From a virus (lineage: Duplodnaviria; Caudoviricetes), in the IMG/VR virus record IMGVR_UViG_3300036790_000232, positions 1-53,085 of that record: a DNA stretch of 53,085 bases. One strand, written 5' to 3'. A model generated the notes under the pieces. The model worked only from the letters and a program-made list of their open reading frames with translations, did not search any database and was not told where the DNA came from. Shown here one piece after another: positions 35,244 to 42,983 of this stretch. A program made the translations under genes and the position numbers. Within the stretch, counting starts at the first letter, position 1, and every line of letters begins with the position of its first letter.

Positions 35244-35744
35244 TTGACTGCTCTCGGCCAGGTTCAGGCCGGCGCCCGCCTGACGGCCGCGATGGCGCAG
35301 GGCGTGGCGCCGCTGTCCGCCTACAAGGGCACCAACCAGGCGGGGTCAGGCAGCACCCTGGCGAACGACAGCGCCCTGCTGCTGCCGGTGCAGGCCAACT
35401 CCGTCTACTACTTCGAGCTGGTGCTGGGCTACGAGGGCGGCACGGGGGGCAGCAGCGACATCAAGCTCGGCTGGTCGCTGCCGTCCGGGGCGACGATGGT
35501 CTACGCGCTGGAGGGGAACACGACGGGCGGGGTTGCCACCGCCGGGGCGTGGGAGACGCAGTCGTCTACGCCGGCGCTGGGCACCGCCGGGTCCGGTGTC
35601 CCGGTCGGCGCGGTCGCCTCCGGCACGATCTCGGTGGGCAGCACGGGCGGGACGATGCAGCTGCAGTGGGCGCGGAACGCGGGCAGCGGCACGTCGCCCA
35701 CCGTGCTCGCCGGGTCGGCGCTCGACGCGTGGCAGGTCCAGTGA
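35244..35744 (+). CDS. Minor tail protein
   Basis: GGAGG RBS, TTG start; GT.QLQWA...T.LAGS. Confidence 0.75.
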   Translation: MTALGQVQAGARLTAAMAQGVAPLSAYKGTNQAGSGSTLANDSALLLPVQANSVYYFELVLGYEGGTGGSSDIKLGWSLPSGATMVYALEGNTTGGVATAGAWETQSSTPALGTAGSGVPVGAVASGTISVGSTGGTMQLQWARNAGSGTSPTVLAGSALDAWQVQ

Positions 35745-36256
35745 GCGCAGACGACGAGTTCTTCCCCGGCGGCCGGCTGAGCGGGCCCGCGATGCGCGGC
35801 ATCGCGCCGCTGGCCGCGTACAAGCCGGTGAGCGAGTCGGGGCCGAACAGCAACGTTCCGCAGGACGATGACGCGCTGCTGCTGCCGCTGCTGGCCAGCG
35901 CCGTGTACAGGTTCTCGTGCGTGCTCGGCTACACGGGCAACGCGACGGGGACCGGTGACATCAAGGTCGGCTTCACGGTGCCGTCCGGGGCGACGATGGG
36001 CTACGTCCTGTACGGCATGACCGGGGCGAGCGGCAGCCAGGTCGCCACGAACGGCTGGTGGGAGACGGAGTCGAGCCTGACGACGCTTGACTCCAACGGC
36101 GCGAGCAGCCCGGTCTCGTGCGTCATGAAGGGCACCATCGACACGGCGGCGACGCCGGGGACGCTGCAGCTGATCTGGTCGCAGCACTCGGCGACCAGCA
36201 CCGTCGCGACCACCGTCCTGGCCGGGTCGTCACTGCTCGCCTGGCAGGTGCAGTGA
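35741..36256 (+). CDS. Minor tail protein, paralog of upstream gene
   Basis: Shares APL.AYK, ALLLP, DIK.G...PSGATM.Y.L.G and LAGS.L.AWQVQ. Confidence 0.75.
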   Translation: MSADDEFFPGGRLSGPAMRGIAPLAAYKPVSESGPNSNVPQDDDALLLPLLASAVYRFSCVLGYTGNATGTGDIKVGFTVPSGATMGYVLYGMTGASGSQVATNGWWETESSLTTLDSNGASSPVSCVMKGTIDTAATPGTLQLIWSQHSATSTVATTVLAGSSLLAWQVQ

Positions 36257-36549
36257 TGACGTGGCTGCTGGTGCCGCTGGCGTTCCTGGCGATGTTCTGC
36301 CAGGACGTGCTGTGCGTGGTCATGGTGCGGGCCGAGGGATCAGGCCGGGCGCACCGGGCGGCGCTGTGCGACCTGCTGCAGGACGCGTGCGGGCTGGCGT
36401 CGCTCGGCGCGGTCGGCGGGTCGCTGCTCGTCGGCGGCGACGTGCTGCTGTCCGGTGCGGTGGTCGCGGCGCGGCTGGCCGGGGACTACGCCGGCACGTA
36501 CACGGGCGTGCGGCTCGGCGTGTGGCTTGACGGGAGGGGATCACGGTGA
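36256..36549 (+). CDS. Membrane protein
   Basis: Several hydrophobic segments; TGATG overlap. Confidence 0.6.
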   Translation: MTWLLVPLAFLAMFCQDVLCVVMVRAEGSGRAHRAALCDLLQDACGLASLGAVGGSLLVGGDVLLSGAVVAARLAGDYAGTYTGVRLGVWLDGRGSR

Positions 36550-36788
36550 GCCTGTGGCATCACTACTGGGCGTGGACCGGCGGGAACATCGGGGCGCTTC
36601 CGCTGGAGTTCGTCATCACGACGGCGGCCGCCTTCGTGTTCCGGGGGCCGATCGGCCGGCTGATCGGCGGCAGGGCGGCAAGGGACGCGGCGGCCGCGCG
36701 GCGGATCGCGGCTGACCTGTACAGGCATCACACCGGGCGCGCGCATCCGGACGCGCCCGCCCCTGATAGTGAAAGTGAGGCGAAGTGA
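36546..36788 (+). CDS. Small membrane protein
   Basis: One TM-like segment; GGAGGGG RBS. Confidence 0.6.
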   Translation: MSLWHHYWAWTGGNIGALPLEFVITTAAAFVFRGPIGRLIGGRAARDAAAARRIAADLYRHHTGRAHPDAPAPDSESEAK

Positions 36789-37072
36789 AGTGGTGGCTGA
36801 CGGCACTGCAACTGCTCAAGGACGTGGTCGGCACGGGCCTGGGGGCATGGCTGCTCATCAGGCAGGGGCTGAGCGCGGTCCCCAACGGGGGACTGGAACT
36901 GACAGGGCTGTCACTCCTGGCCCCGGCGGCTATCTCGCACGTGGCCATGCTGCTGTTGTCCGGGCCGTCTGGTCCCGCGCCTGGTCATGGGGAGTCCTCG
37001 CCGCCGTCACCGTCGCCGTCACCGTCGCCCTCGTCGTCGCCTGCGGGAGGCCGTGATGCGCCTGGCGCTTAA
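36785..37072 (+). CDS. Membrane protein, holin candidate
   Basis: Two hydrophobic segments, Ser/Pro tail. Confidence 0.5.
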   Translation: MKWWLTALQLLKDVVGTGLGAWLLIRQGLSAVPNGGLELTGLSLLAPAAISHVAMLLLSGPSGPAPGHGESSPPSPSPSPSPSSSPAGGRDAPGA

Positions 37073-37382
37073 CCGGCGGGTGAGTACGCCGCTGTGGTCG
37101 ATGGTGGTGCTGTTCGCGGTGGCGGTGGTGATCGGCGTGGCGGCGTACCTGGCGGCGGTGCACAACTACCAGGCGAGCCAGGCCGGCCAGCAGCGCCAGG
37201 GCGAGCTGCTTGAGCAGAAGCTGTGCACGTCCCTGGAACCGCTCGCCGGCGTGGCCAGGCTGAAGCCGCCCGCCGGCAACCCGGCTGACAACCCGTCGCG
37301 GGCGTTCGAGCAGCAGCTGGTGGTCAAGCTCGCGCCGCTTGCCCAGCTCGGCCCGGACCTCGGCTGTAAAGGGAAGCGATGA
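37056..37382 (+). CDS. Single-pass membrane protein
   Basis: N-terminal TM segment then two Cys; GGGAGG RBS. Confidence 0.6.
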   Translation: MRLALNRRVSTPLWSMVVLFAVAVVIGVAAYLAAVHNYQASQAGQQRQGELLEQKLCTSLEPLAGVARLKPPAGNPADNPSRAFEQQLVVKLAPLAQLGPDLGCKGKR

Positions 37383-39019
37383 CTGACTACTCGATCGGCG
37401 GCTCGTCCGGCACCACGGGGCTGTCGCAGTGGGTGACCCCGACGCCGGCGGGGAAGATGGTGCTCGTCGACCCGGCCGACACCACGACGAACCCGCACGG
37501 GTCAGCCGGCGCGGACAAGTGGGCCACCCTCGCGGCGCTCGGCGCGGCGGTGCAGCCGGGGGTAATTAACATCGGGCTCGCCGGGGGCACCGGCACGAAC
37601 ACGAGCGCCGACACGACGCTCATCCAGGCCCTGATCAACGCGGCCCCGGCGGGCAGCACCATCCTGTTCGACAAGCTCTACACGGTCAGCAGCACGATCC
37701 AGTTCGCGGGCGGCCTCACCTACCAGGGCATCAACCAGGCCACCGGCCTGCAGATGGCCGACAGCAGCAACCTGGCCGCGCTCGCCGCCCCGGTCGGGTG
37801 GGCGGCCAACACCGCGACGCAGGCCAGCGCGCCGGTCACCATCCGGGACATGTACTTCGGCGGCCCGCCGTCGGTGCCGCAGGCCAGCGGCGACGGCCAC
37901 CTGCTCGTGATGAACAACTACTGGTCTTACGTCGAGGACTGCACGTTCGGCTACAACATCGGCGAGGGCATCAGGCTGGACGCCTGCACGGCGAACGGCA
38001 CGCAGATCATCAGCGGCGGGGGCGCGGTGCAGAACCGATTCCACCGCTGCCAGTGGTACCAGAACAACGGCGGCAGCCTCGCCTCCAACGACCCGTCCGG
38101 CGCGTTCACCGACGGCTACGTCACCGACAGTATCTTCGAGGCCGGCACCGGGGTTAACCCGGCGATCGCATTTGGGACGTTCGCGGGCTGGAAGATCGAC
38201 GGGAACCACTTCTTCGGCTACGACGGGTCCGTTATCGTCGGCCGCCCGTACGAGACCCGCGTGGTCGGCAACTACTTCGAGACGTGGGGCGACTCGGCCA
38301 CCAGCGACTTCTACATCGCGGTCGACTTCGGGTCAGTGTTCGTGGCCGACGGCGGCGCCGGGAGCGTCATCTCGGGGAACACGTTCAACCTGGGCGACGC
38401 TGGCAACGCGGGCAGCACACTGATCGCGGTCGCCTTCGCGGCCGCCTCCGGTGAGCAGGGCACCGTCGCGGTCACGGGCAACCAGTTCAGCGGGCCGACC
38501 GGCACGATCACCGGAACCATGTACGGCATCACCCTCAACGGCCAGGACAGCACCTCAACCGTAGTCGCCACCGTCGACGGGAACAGCTTCAGCGGCGTGT
38601 GGAACGGCGCCACGGTCTCGCTGTCGAACGAGGACTCCAGCGCGATCACCAACTTCACCGTCAACGGGTTCAACAGCGGCACCGCCGTGGGCCCCGTGGC
38701 CCCGGCGGTAACCGCCCTCACCTTCGGCACGAGCATCGCCGTCGACGCCGCTTTCGGCAACGCGTTCAACCTCACGCTCACCGCGAGCACCGGGACGATC
38801 GCCAACCCGACCAACCCGGTAGACGGGCAGGTCATCCGGTTCCGCATCAAGCAGGACGCCACCGGCTCGCGGACCGTGGCATGGGGCACCGCCTACGACT
38901 TCGGCGCGAGCAGTGCGCCGGTGCTGAGCACGGGCGCGAGCAAGACGGACATAGCGGCGTTCGAGTACGACGCGGGCATCAGCAAGTGGTGCTTCCTCGG
39001 CGCTGGGCTCGGTTACTGA
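37379..39019 (+). CDS. Right-handed beta-helix (pectate lyase-like) tailspike/depolymerase candidate
   Basis: DTTLIQALINA..GSTI.F; repeated I.GN.F motifs; C-terminal QDATGSRTVAW module. Confidence 0.75.
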   Translation: MTDYSIGGSSGTTGLSQWVTPTPAGKMVLVDPADTTTNPHGSAGADKWATLAALGAAVQPGVINIGLAGGTGTNTSADTTLIQALINAAPAGSTILFDKLYTVSSTIQFAGGLTYQGINQATGLQMADSSNLAALAAPVGWAANTATQASAPVTIRDMYFGGPPSVPQASGDGHLLVMNNYWSYVEDCTFGYNIGEGIRLDACTANGTQIISGGGAVQNRFHRCQWYQNNGGSLASNDPSGAFTDGYVTDSIFEAGTGVNPAIAFGTFAGWKIDGNHFFGYDGSVIVGRPYETRVVGNYFETWGDSATSDFYIAVDFGSVFVADGGAGSVISGNTFNLGDAGNAGSTLIAVAFAAASGEQGTVAVTGNQFSGPTGTITGTMYGITLNGQDSTSTVVATVDGNSFSGVWNGATVSLSNEDSSAITNFTVNGFNSGTAVGPVAPAVTALTFGTSIAVDAAFGNAFNLTLTASTGTIANPTNPVDGQVIRFRIKQDATGSRTVAWGTAYDFGASSAPVLSTGASKTDIAAFEYDAGISKWCFLGAGLGY

Positions 39020-39702
39020 TGACGGTCACGCGAGGGCAGACCGCCACCGGGGTCAACGTCAACAGCGCCACCACGGCGGTACTGACGTTCGGGACGAACC
39101 CGGCTGCGGGGGCGAAGGTGCTGGTCTTCGTCGGCGGCACCGTCGCCCCGTCCGGCGTCGTCGACAACGGGACCACGCCGAAGACGTTCACCCGCGATGC
39201 CCACTTCACCAGCGGCACGTTCGGGCTGAACGACCTGTCCGTCTGGCGGGCCGACGGGATCACCCTGCCGGCGTCGGGGAGCTACCACGTCACGGTCACG
39301 TTCGGGTCGGCGGCGTTCGGGGTCACGGGCGCGCGCTCCTACGCCGGGGTGGCCACGGGTGCCCCGTCGGCCACCAACAGCGGCAGCGGCACCAGCGGCT
39401 CGGTCGCCACCGGCAACGTGACGCCTCCCGCGACCGGCAGCCTCGTGTTCGGCGGCTTCGTCGACGACACGGGCACAACTGAGACGATCACGCTGACCAC
39501 GTCCGGCGCGAGCAGCGTCTACTCGACCGGGAACGGGAGCATCGAGGCCGGCGCGGCGGCGGACAACATCGTCACCACGACGAGCGCGCAGGGCCTGGCG
39601 TGGACACTGTCAGACGCGCCGGACTGGGCGGGCATCGTCGCGGTCTACGCGGCGGCGGCAGCGCCGTCCGGTCACGGCCTCCTGCAAGTAGGGATCATCT
39701 GA
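39019..39702 (+). CDS. Ser/Thr/Gly-rich virion-associated protein
   Basis: TGATG overlap; beta-rich composition. Confidence 0.65.
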   Translation: MTVTRGQTATGVNVNSATTAVLTFGTNPAAGAKVLVFVGGTVAPSGVVDNGTTPKTFTRDAHFTSGTFGLNDLSVWRADGITLPASGSYHVTVTFGSAAFGVTGARSYAGVATGAPSATNSGSGTSGSVATGNVTPPATGSLVFGGFVDDTGTTETITLTTSGASSVYSTGNGSIEAGAAADNIVTTTSAQGLAWTLSDAPDWAGIVAVYAAAAAPSGHGLLQVGII

Positions 39703-39839
39703 TGACCTGCACCGCCTGCGGCTGCCCGAGTGGCACGCACCGCCACCACAACCACGGCACCTACTGCGGCCGGCCCGACGGCTGCAACCGCTACCGCCCC
39801 CGGCGCGACCGCTGGTGGCAGATCTGGAGGAAACCATGA
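39702..39839 (+). CDS. Small Cys/His-rich protein
   Basis: CTACGC...H...C....C.RY. Confidence 0.5.
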   Translation: MTCTACGCPSGTHRHHNHGTYCGRPDGCNRYRPRRDRWWQIWRKP

Positions 39840-40429
39840 CACTCAACGGCATCGACGTCAGCGCCGCAGGCCAGGGCGCATCGTTCAACTGGAACACGTA
39901 CAAGGGCAAGGTCGGCTTCGCGTTCACCAAGGTCAGCGAGGGCCTGACCTTCACCGACCCGGACGCGCTGCGCAACATCGCGCAGATGCGCGCACTCGGC
40001 ATCACGCCCGGCGGCTACCACTTCCTCCACGCCGGGCTCAGCGGTGCCAGCCAGGCCGAGTACTTCCTGCAGGCCGCCAAGCGGGCCGGGCTCGGCGCGG
40101 GCTGCCTGCTCGCCCTCGACGCGGAAGACGGCGGCCTGGACGGGCTCACCGCGTTGCAGATGAACGGCGCGGCGGCCGGGTTCGCGGCCGAGCTCCAGAA
40201 GCACTTCCCCGGCTTCCACCCGGTGCTGTACACGGAGATCAGCATGGCGCCGGACCTTGTGAGCATGGGGCAGTGCCCGCTGTGGCTGGCCAACCCCAGC
40301 GGCGCGGTCATCAGGACCATCGGCCCGTGGAAGCAGGTCAGCTTCGAGCAGACCGGTCAGCGCGGCGTCGACACCGACGTGTTCTACGGTGACGCGGCGG
40401 CGCTGGCGAAGCTCACGGTCCCGGCCTGA
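39836..40429 (+). CDS. GH25 muramidase (endolysin), catalytic domain only
   Basis: GIDVS, FAF.K.SEG....DP, G.YHF, QA.YF, ALDAE, LWLA, VDTD. Confidence 0.9.
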   Translation: MTLNGIDVSAAGQGASFNWNTYKGKVGFAFTKVSEGLTFTDPDALRNIAQMRALGITPGGYHFLHAGLSGASQAEYFLQAAKRAGLGAGCLLALDAEDGGLDGLTALQMNGAAAGFAAELQKHFPGFHPVLYTEISMAPDLVSMGQCPLWLANPSGAVIRTIGPWKQVSFEQTGQRGVDTDVFYGDAAALAKLTVPA

Positions 40430-40430
40430 G

Positions 40431-40751
40431 ATGCACTGGCTGCCCTGGTGGGCTTACCCGGCGGGCTGCTGCTTCCTGGTCGGCGGCGCGTGCGGGTGGC
40501 AGCTCGGCTACCTGCACCGTGGCCTGGTCGAGTGGGGGCGGCGCGCCGGGCGGCTGCTGGCGTGGCAGCGCAGGTACCGGGCGCGCGGCCCGCTGGTCAG
40601 CGCCTACCGGGAGCTGTGGCGCGGCAGTGAGCACCTGGCAGGCGCCTTCATTGAAAGTGCCCCGTGGATTACGGCCGGGGCCACGCCGTCGCAGAGAGCC
40701 GACCTCTGCGCCGTTTCCGTGGCCACCGAGGAGGCCGCGCGGCATCTGTAG
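40431..40751 (+). CDS. Hypothetical membrane protein
   Basis: Hydrophobic N-terminus, directly after endolysin. Confidence 0.45.
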   Translation: MHWLPWWAYPAGCCFLVGGACGWQLGYLHRGLVEWGRRAGRLLAWQRRYRARGPLVSAYRELWRGSEHLAGAFIESAPWITAGATPSQRADLCAVSVATEEAARHL

Positions 40752-40982
40752 CCTGGTGCCGCCCGTACGCTGCGGCACGCCAAGCCTAGCGCGCCCGGCG
40801 CATCAGGACCGCGAGCATCCGCAGGTCGCCCCGCGCCCGCTCCCGCTGCTCGTCGTCCAGCTCGTCCCACCGTTCCAGGAGCGCCGTCAGCGGCGGCGGC
40901 AGCGCCGGGCTCGCCACGGTCAGCAGGGCACGGCAGCATGACGAGTCCAACGGTCCTCCGGGGGGCGGGCGCGAGTGCGCGG

Positions 40983-41210
40983 CTAAATCGTATCGCCCGG
41001 CTTCCGGTCCAGGTGCATCCAGTCCGGGCACGCCGGGTCCAGCTTCTCCCGGCGCACCACGTACCCGCAGATACTGCACACCGCCTCCGCCGGGTAATGC
41101 CACGGCAGCCGCAGGTTCGGAGGCAGCCCCGTGTTGCGGCCCGCCACCGAGTACGCCGACCCCGGCTTGATCGGCAGCTCGTGCGGGTCAGGACCCGGCC
41201 GCGCCGTCAA
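40983..41210 (-). CDS. Hypothetical protein with CxxC
   Basis: HYPAEAVCSICG...W.H. Confidence 0.55.
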   Translation of the reverse strand: MTARPGPDPHELPIKPGSAYSVAGRNTGLPPNLRLPWHYPAEAVCSICGYVVRREKLDPACPDWMHLDRKPGDTI

Positions 41211-41451
41211 AGCGGTCCTCCAGGTAATCGACGAGGTGACCGAGCCGCACCCTCTCCGCCGTCACCGTCGTCCCGTCCTCCTCCCACACCGCCGTGTGCG
41301 GGTGGCCGGGGTCCGGGGCGCCGGCCGCGTTCACCGGCCGCAGCCACGTCACCCCCGGATGGCGGGCGAGGAACGCCTGCATCCGCGCCACGTCGTCCGT
41401 CCAGCCGCCCGCCTCCGACAGCGGCACCGGGCGCCTCCGGTTCGCGTCCAT
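41188..41451 (-). CDS. Hypothetical protein
   Basis: GAGGAG RBS; F.ARHPGV...LG.L.D.LE. Confidence 0.6.
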   Translation of the reverse strand: MDANRRRPVPLSEAGGWTDDVARMQAFLARHPGVTWLRPVNAAGAPDPGHPHTAVWEEDGTTVTAERVRLGHLVDYLEDRFDGAAGS

Positions 41452-41604
41452 CTCGGGCTCACTCCTCGTCCGGTTCGGTGCCGCGGGCGACCGCTGCCCA
41501 GTAGGCGCTGTTAAACGGCTTCGGCCCCTCAAGGCCGAGCACAGGGCGGTCCACGCCCTCCGGCTGGGCATCCGGGTCTACCCTCGTGGTGCCGAACCAG
41601 CTCA

Positions 41605-41748
41605 TCAGGAGTGCTCCTTAATCCACTGGTCCAGGTCCTCAACGGGCTGGCCGTCCTGGTCGATCGGGCCCTTGTAGCCGCTCTCGCGGAGGTCGAAGAA
41701 CCTCTTGTCGGCTGCCGTCTCCGGCTTGTCGTCTGCTCGCCTGCTCAT
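41605..41748 (-). CDS. Small hypothetical protein
   Basis: DKRFFDLRESGYKGPIDQDG; ATGA overlap. Confidence 0.6.
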   Translation of the reverse strand: MSRRADDKPETAADKRFFDLRESGYKGPIDQDGQPVEDLDQWIKEHS

Positions 41749-42116
41749 TGATCTCGTTTCCTCTCGGGTTCGACGGCGCCCCTGACCAGGGGCGCCCAGC
41801 TGGCCTCCCCGGCGGTCTCGCCGGGGAGCGTGTGAACGTAGTGGTGGTGCTCGATTACCTTCGGCGCGGTCATGTCGGCACGGAGGGCGGCGGCCTGCTC
41901 GGCGACCGACGCGGAGTAGTCCGGGTAGCGGTGCCGCATCCACACCGCGGCGCCGACGAGCAGGACGGCCAGGACCGCGAAGATGATCGCGAGGATCAGC
42001 ACGATGGTGGCCAGCCAGCCCGCGATCGCAACGGCCATGACAGCGGCGATTCCGGGGACGACAGGGATGTCCGGGCCGCCGCCCCCGGTGACCTGCCAGG
42101 TTCCGTGAAGGGGCAT
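41745..42116 (-). CDS. Membrane protein (spread/transfer accessory candidate)
   Basis: Two TM segments; downstream of the FtsK gene. Confidence 0.6.
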   Translation of the reverse strand: MPLHGTWQVTGGGGPDIPVVPGIAAVMAVAIAGWLATIVLILAIIFAVLAVLLVGAAVWMRHRYPDYSASVAEQAAALRADMTAPKVIEHHHYVHTLPGETAGEASWAPLVRGAVEPERKRDQ

Positions 42117-42118
42117 GG

Positions 42119-42352
42119 CTACCGCTCCGCCCATGCCTGCTGGAGCGACAGCTTCAGCTCGTGGACCTTCCGCGCGCCCAGCCGCCAGGTACGGCGCGTC
42201 CCCTTGCACCGCCCGCAGCGCAGGTGCAGGCGGGCGAACGCCCGGCACCAGCGGCAGTCACGCTCCGGGCTGGCGTACACGAACACCGCCCACGCGACGA
42301 CGGCCACCAGCACGATCGCCGCCGCGGCGAGTACCGCCTCGATAACGTGCAT
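42119..42352 (-). CDS. Small membrane-anchored Cys-rich protein
   Basis: TM segment then CRWC...CGRCKGT. Confidence 0.65.
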   Translation of the reverse strand: MHVIEAVLAAAAIVLVAVVAWAVFVYASPERDCRWCRAFARLHLRCGRCKGTRRTWRLGARKVHELKLSLQQAWAER

Positions 42353-42353
42353 G

Positions 42354-42824
42354 TCACTCTCCCTCGTGCAGGCGCGGGCAGTCGTCCATCCCGCGCCAGT
42401 AGTTCTTGCACCCGTACTTCGGGCAGTCGCGGTCCCCGCAGGTGCCCGGCTCGTGGCCGTCGCCCTTCGGCCGCGGCGTGCGCGGCGGCCTGGTCTTGGC
42501 GGCCTTCTTGCGCGCGCGGTCGCGGGCCCGCCGCTCGGCAGCAGCCTGCTTGCGCCGCGCCGCCTGCCGCTCCCTGGCGGCCTTCCGCTTGCGCTGCCTC
42601 TCGGCGGTCGCGGCCTTCCGCTTGCGGCTCTTGAAGTCGCTCGGGGCGCGGCAGGTGTGCCGTAGGCCGCGGGGCTGATGGCACTTCAGGCAGTCCCACC
42701 CGACCGGGTTGCGCAGCGTGGTGCGACCCCGGCGTCGCCTGCCCGGCGAGCACGGGTGAGTACCGAAGCCGCGCGGATTCCCGCACGCCCCGCAAAGGAA
42801 GGGCCCGGTCAGCTTGAACCCCAT
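42354..42824 (-). CDS. Basic Cys/His-rich protein
   Basis: Two CxxC..PRG..H.C units, Arg/Lys-rich helix, H...C.D.DC....C. Confidence 0.65.
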   Translation of the reverse strand: MGFKLTGPFLCGACGNPRGFGTHPCSPGRRRRGRTTLRNPVGWDCLKCHQPRGLRHTCRAPSDFKSRKRKAATAERQRKRKAARERQAARRKQAAAERRARDRARKKAAKTRPPRTPRPKGDGHEPGTCGDRDCPKYGCKNYWRGMDDCPRLHEGE

Positions 42825-42885
42825 GGGGCCGGCATCCTTCGTTGTCGTCGATCAGCGCACGGAACCGCAAAACCGCAGGCCGGCG

Positions 42886-42980
42886 CGCGGCACGCCCCGC
42901 GGCACGGGCGGCGATGTGCCGCGCCCCGTGGCGTTTTCCCAGGTCAGCGCGTGCCGCGCCAGCGCGGCACATGTGCCGCG
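42886..42980. repeat. Six 8-bp CGCGGCAC/GTGCCGCG repeats (clt-like candidate)
   Basis: At 42886, 42898, 42963 (+) and 42916, 42951, 42973 (-), immediately 3' of the FtsK gene. Confidence 0.55.
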
Positions 42981-42983
42981 GCA

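Noticed and set aside
40604-41103. Minus-strand ORFs 40604-40939 and 40786-41103
   Set aside because: The frames compete and I could not identify a supported start, although the C-terminus of the second looks coding.
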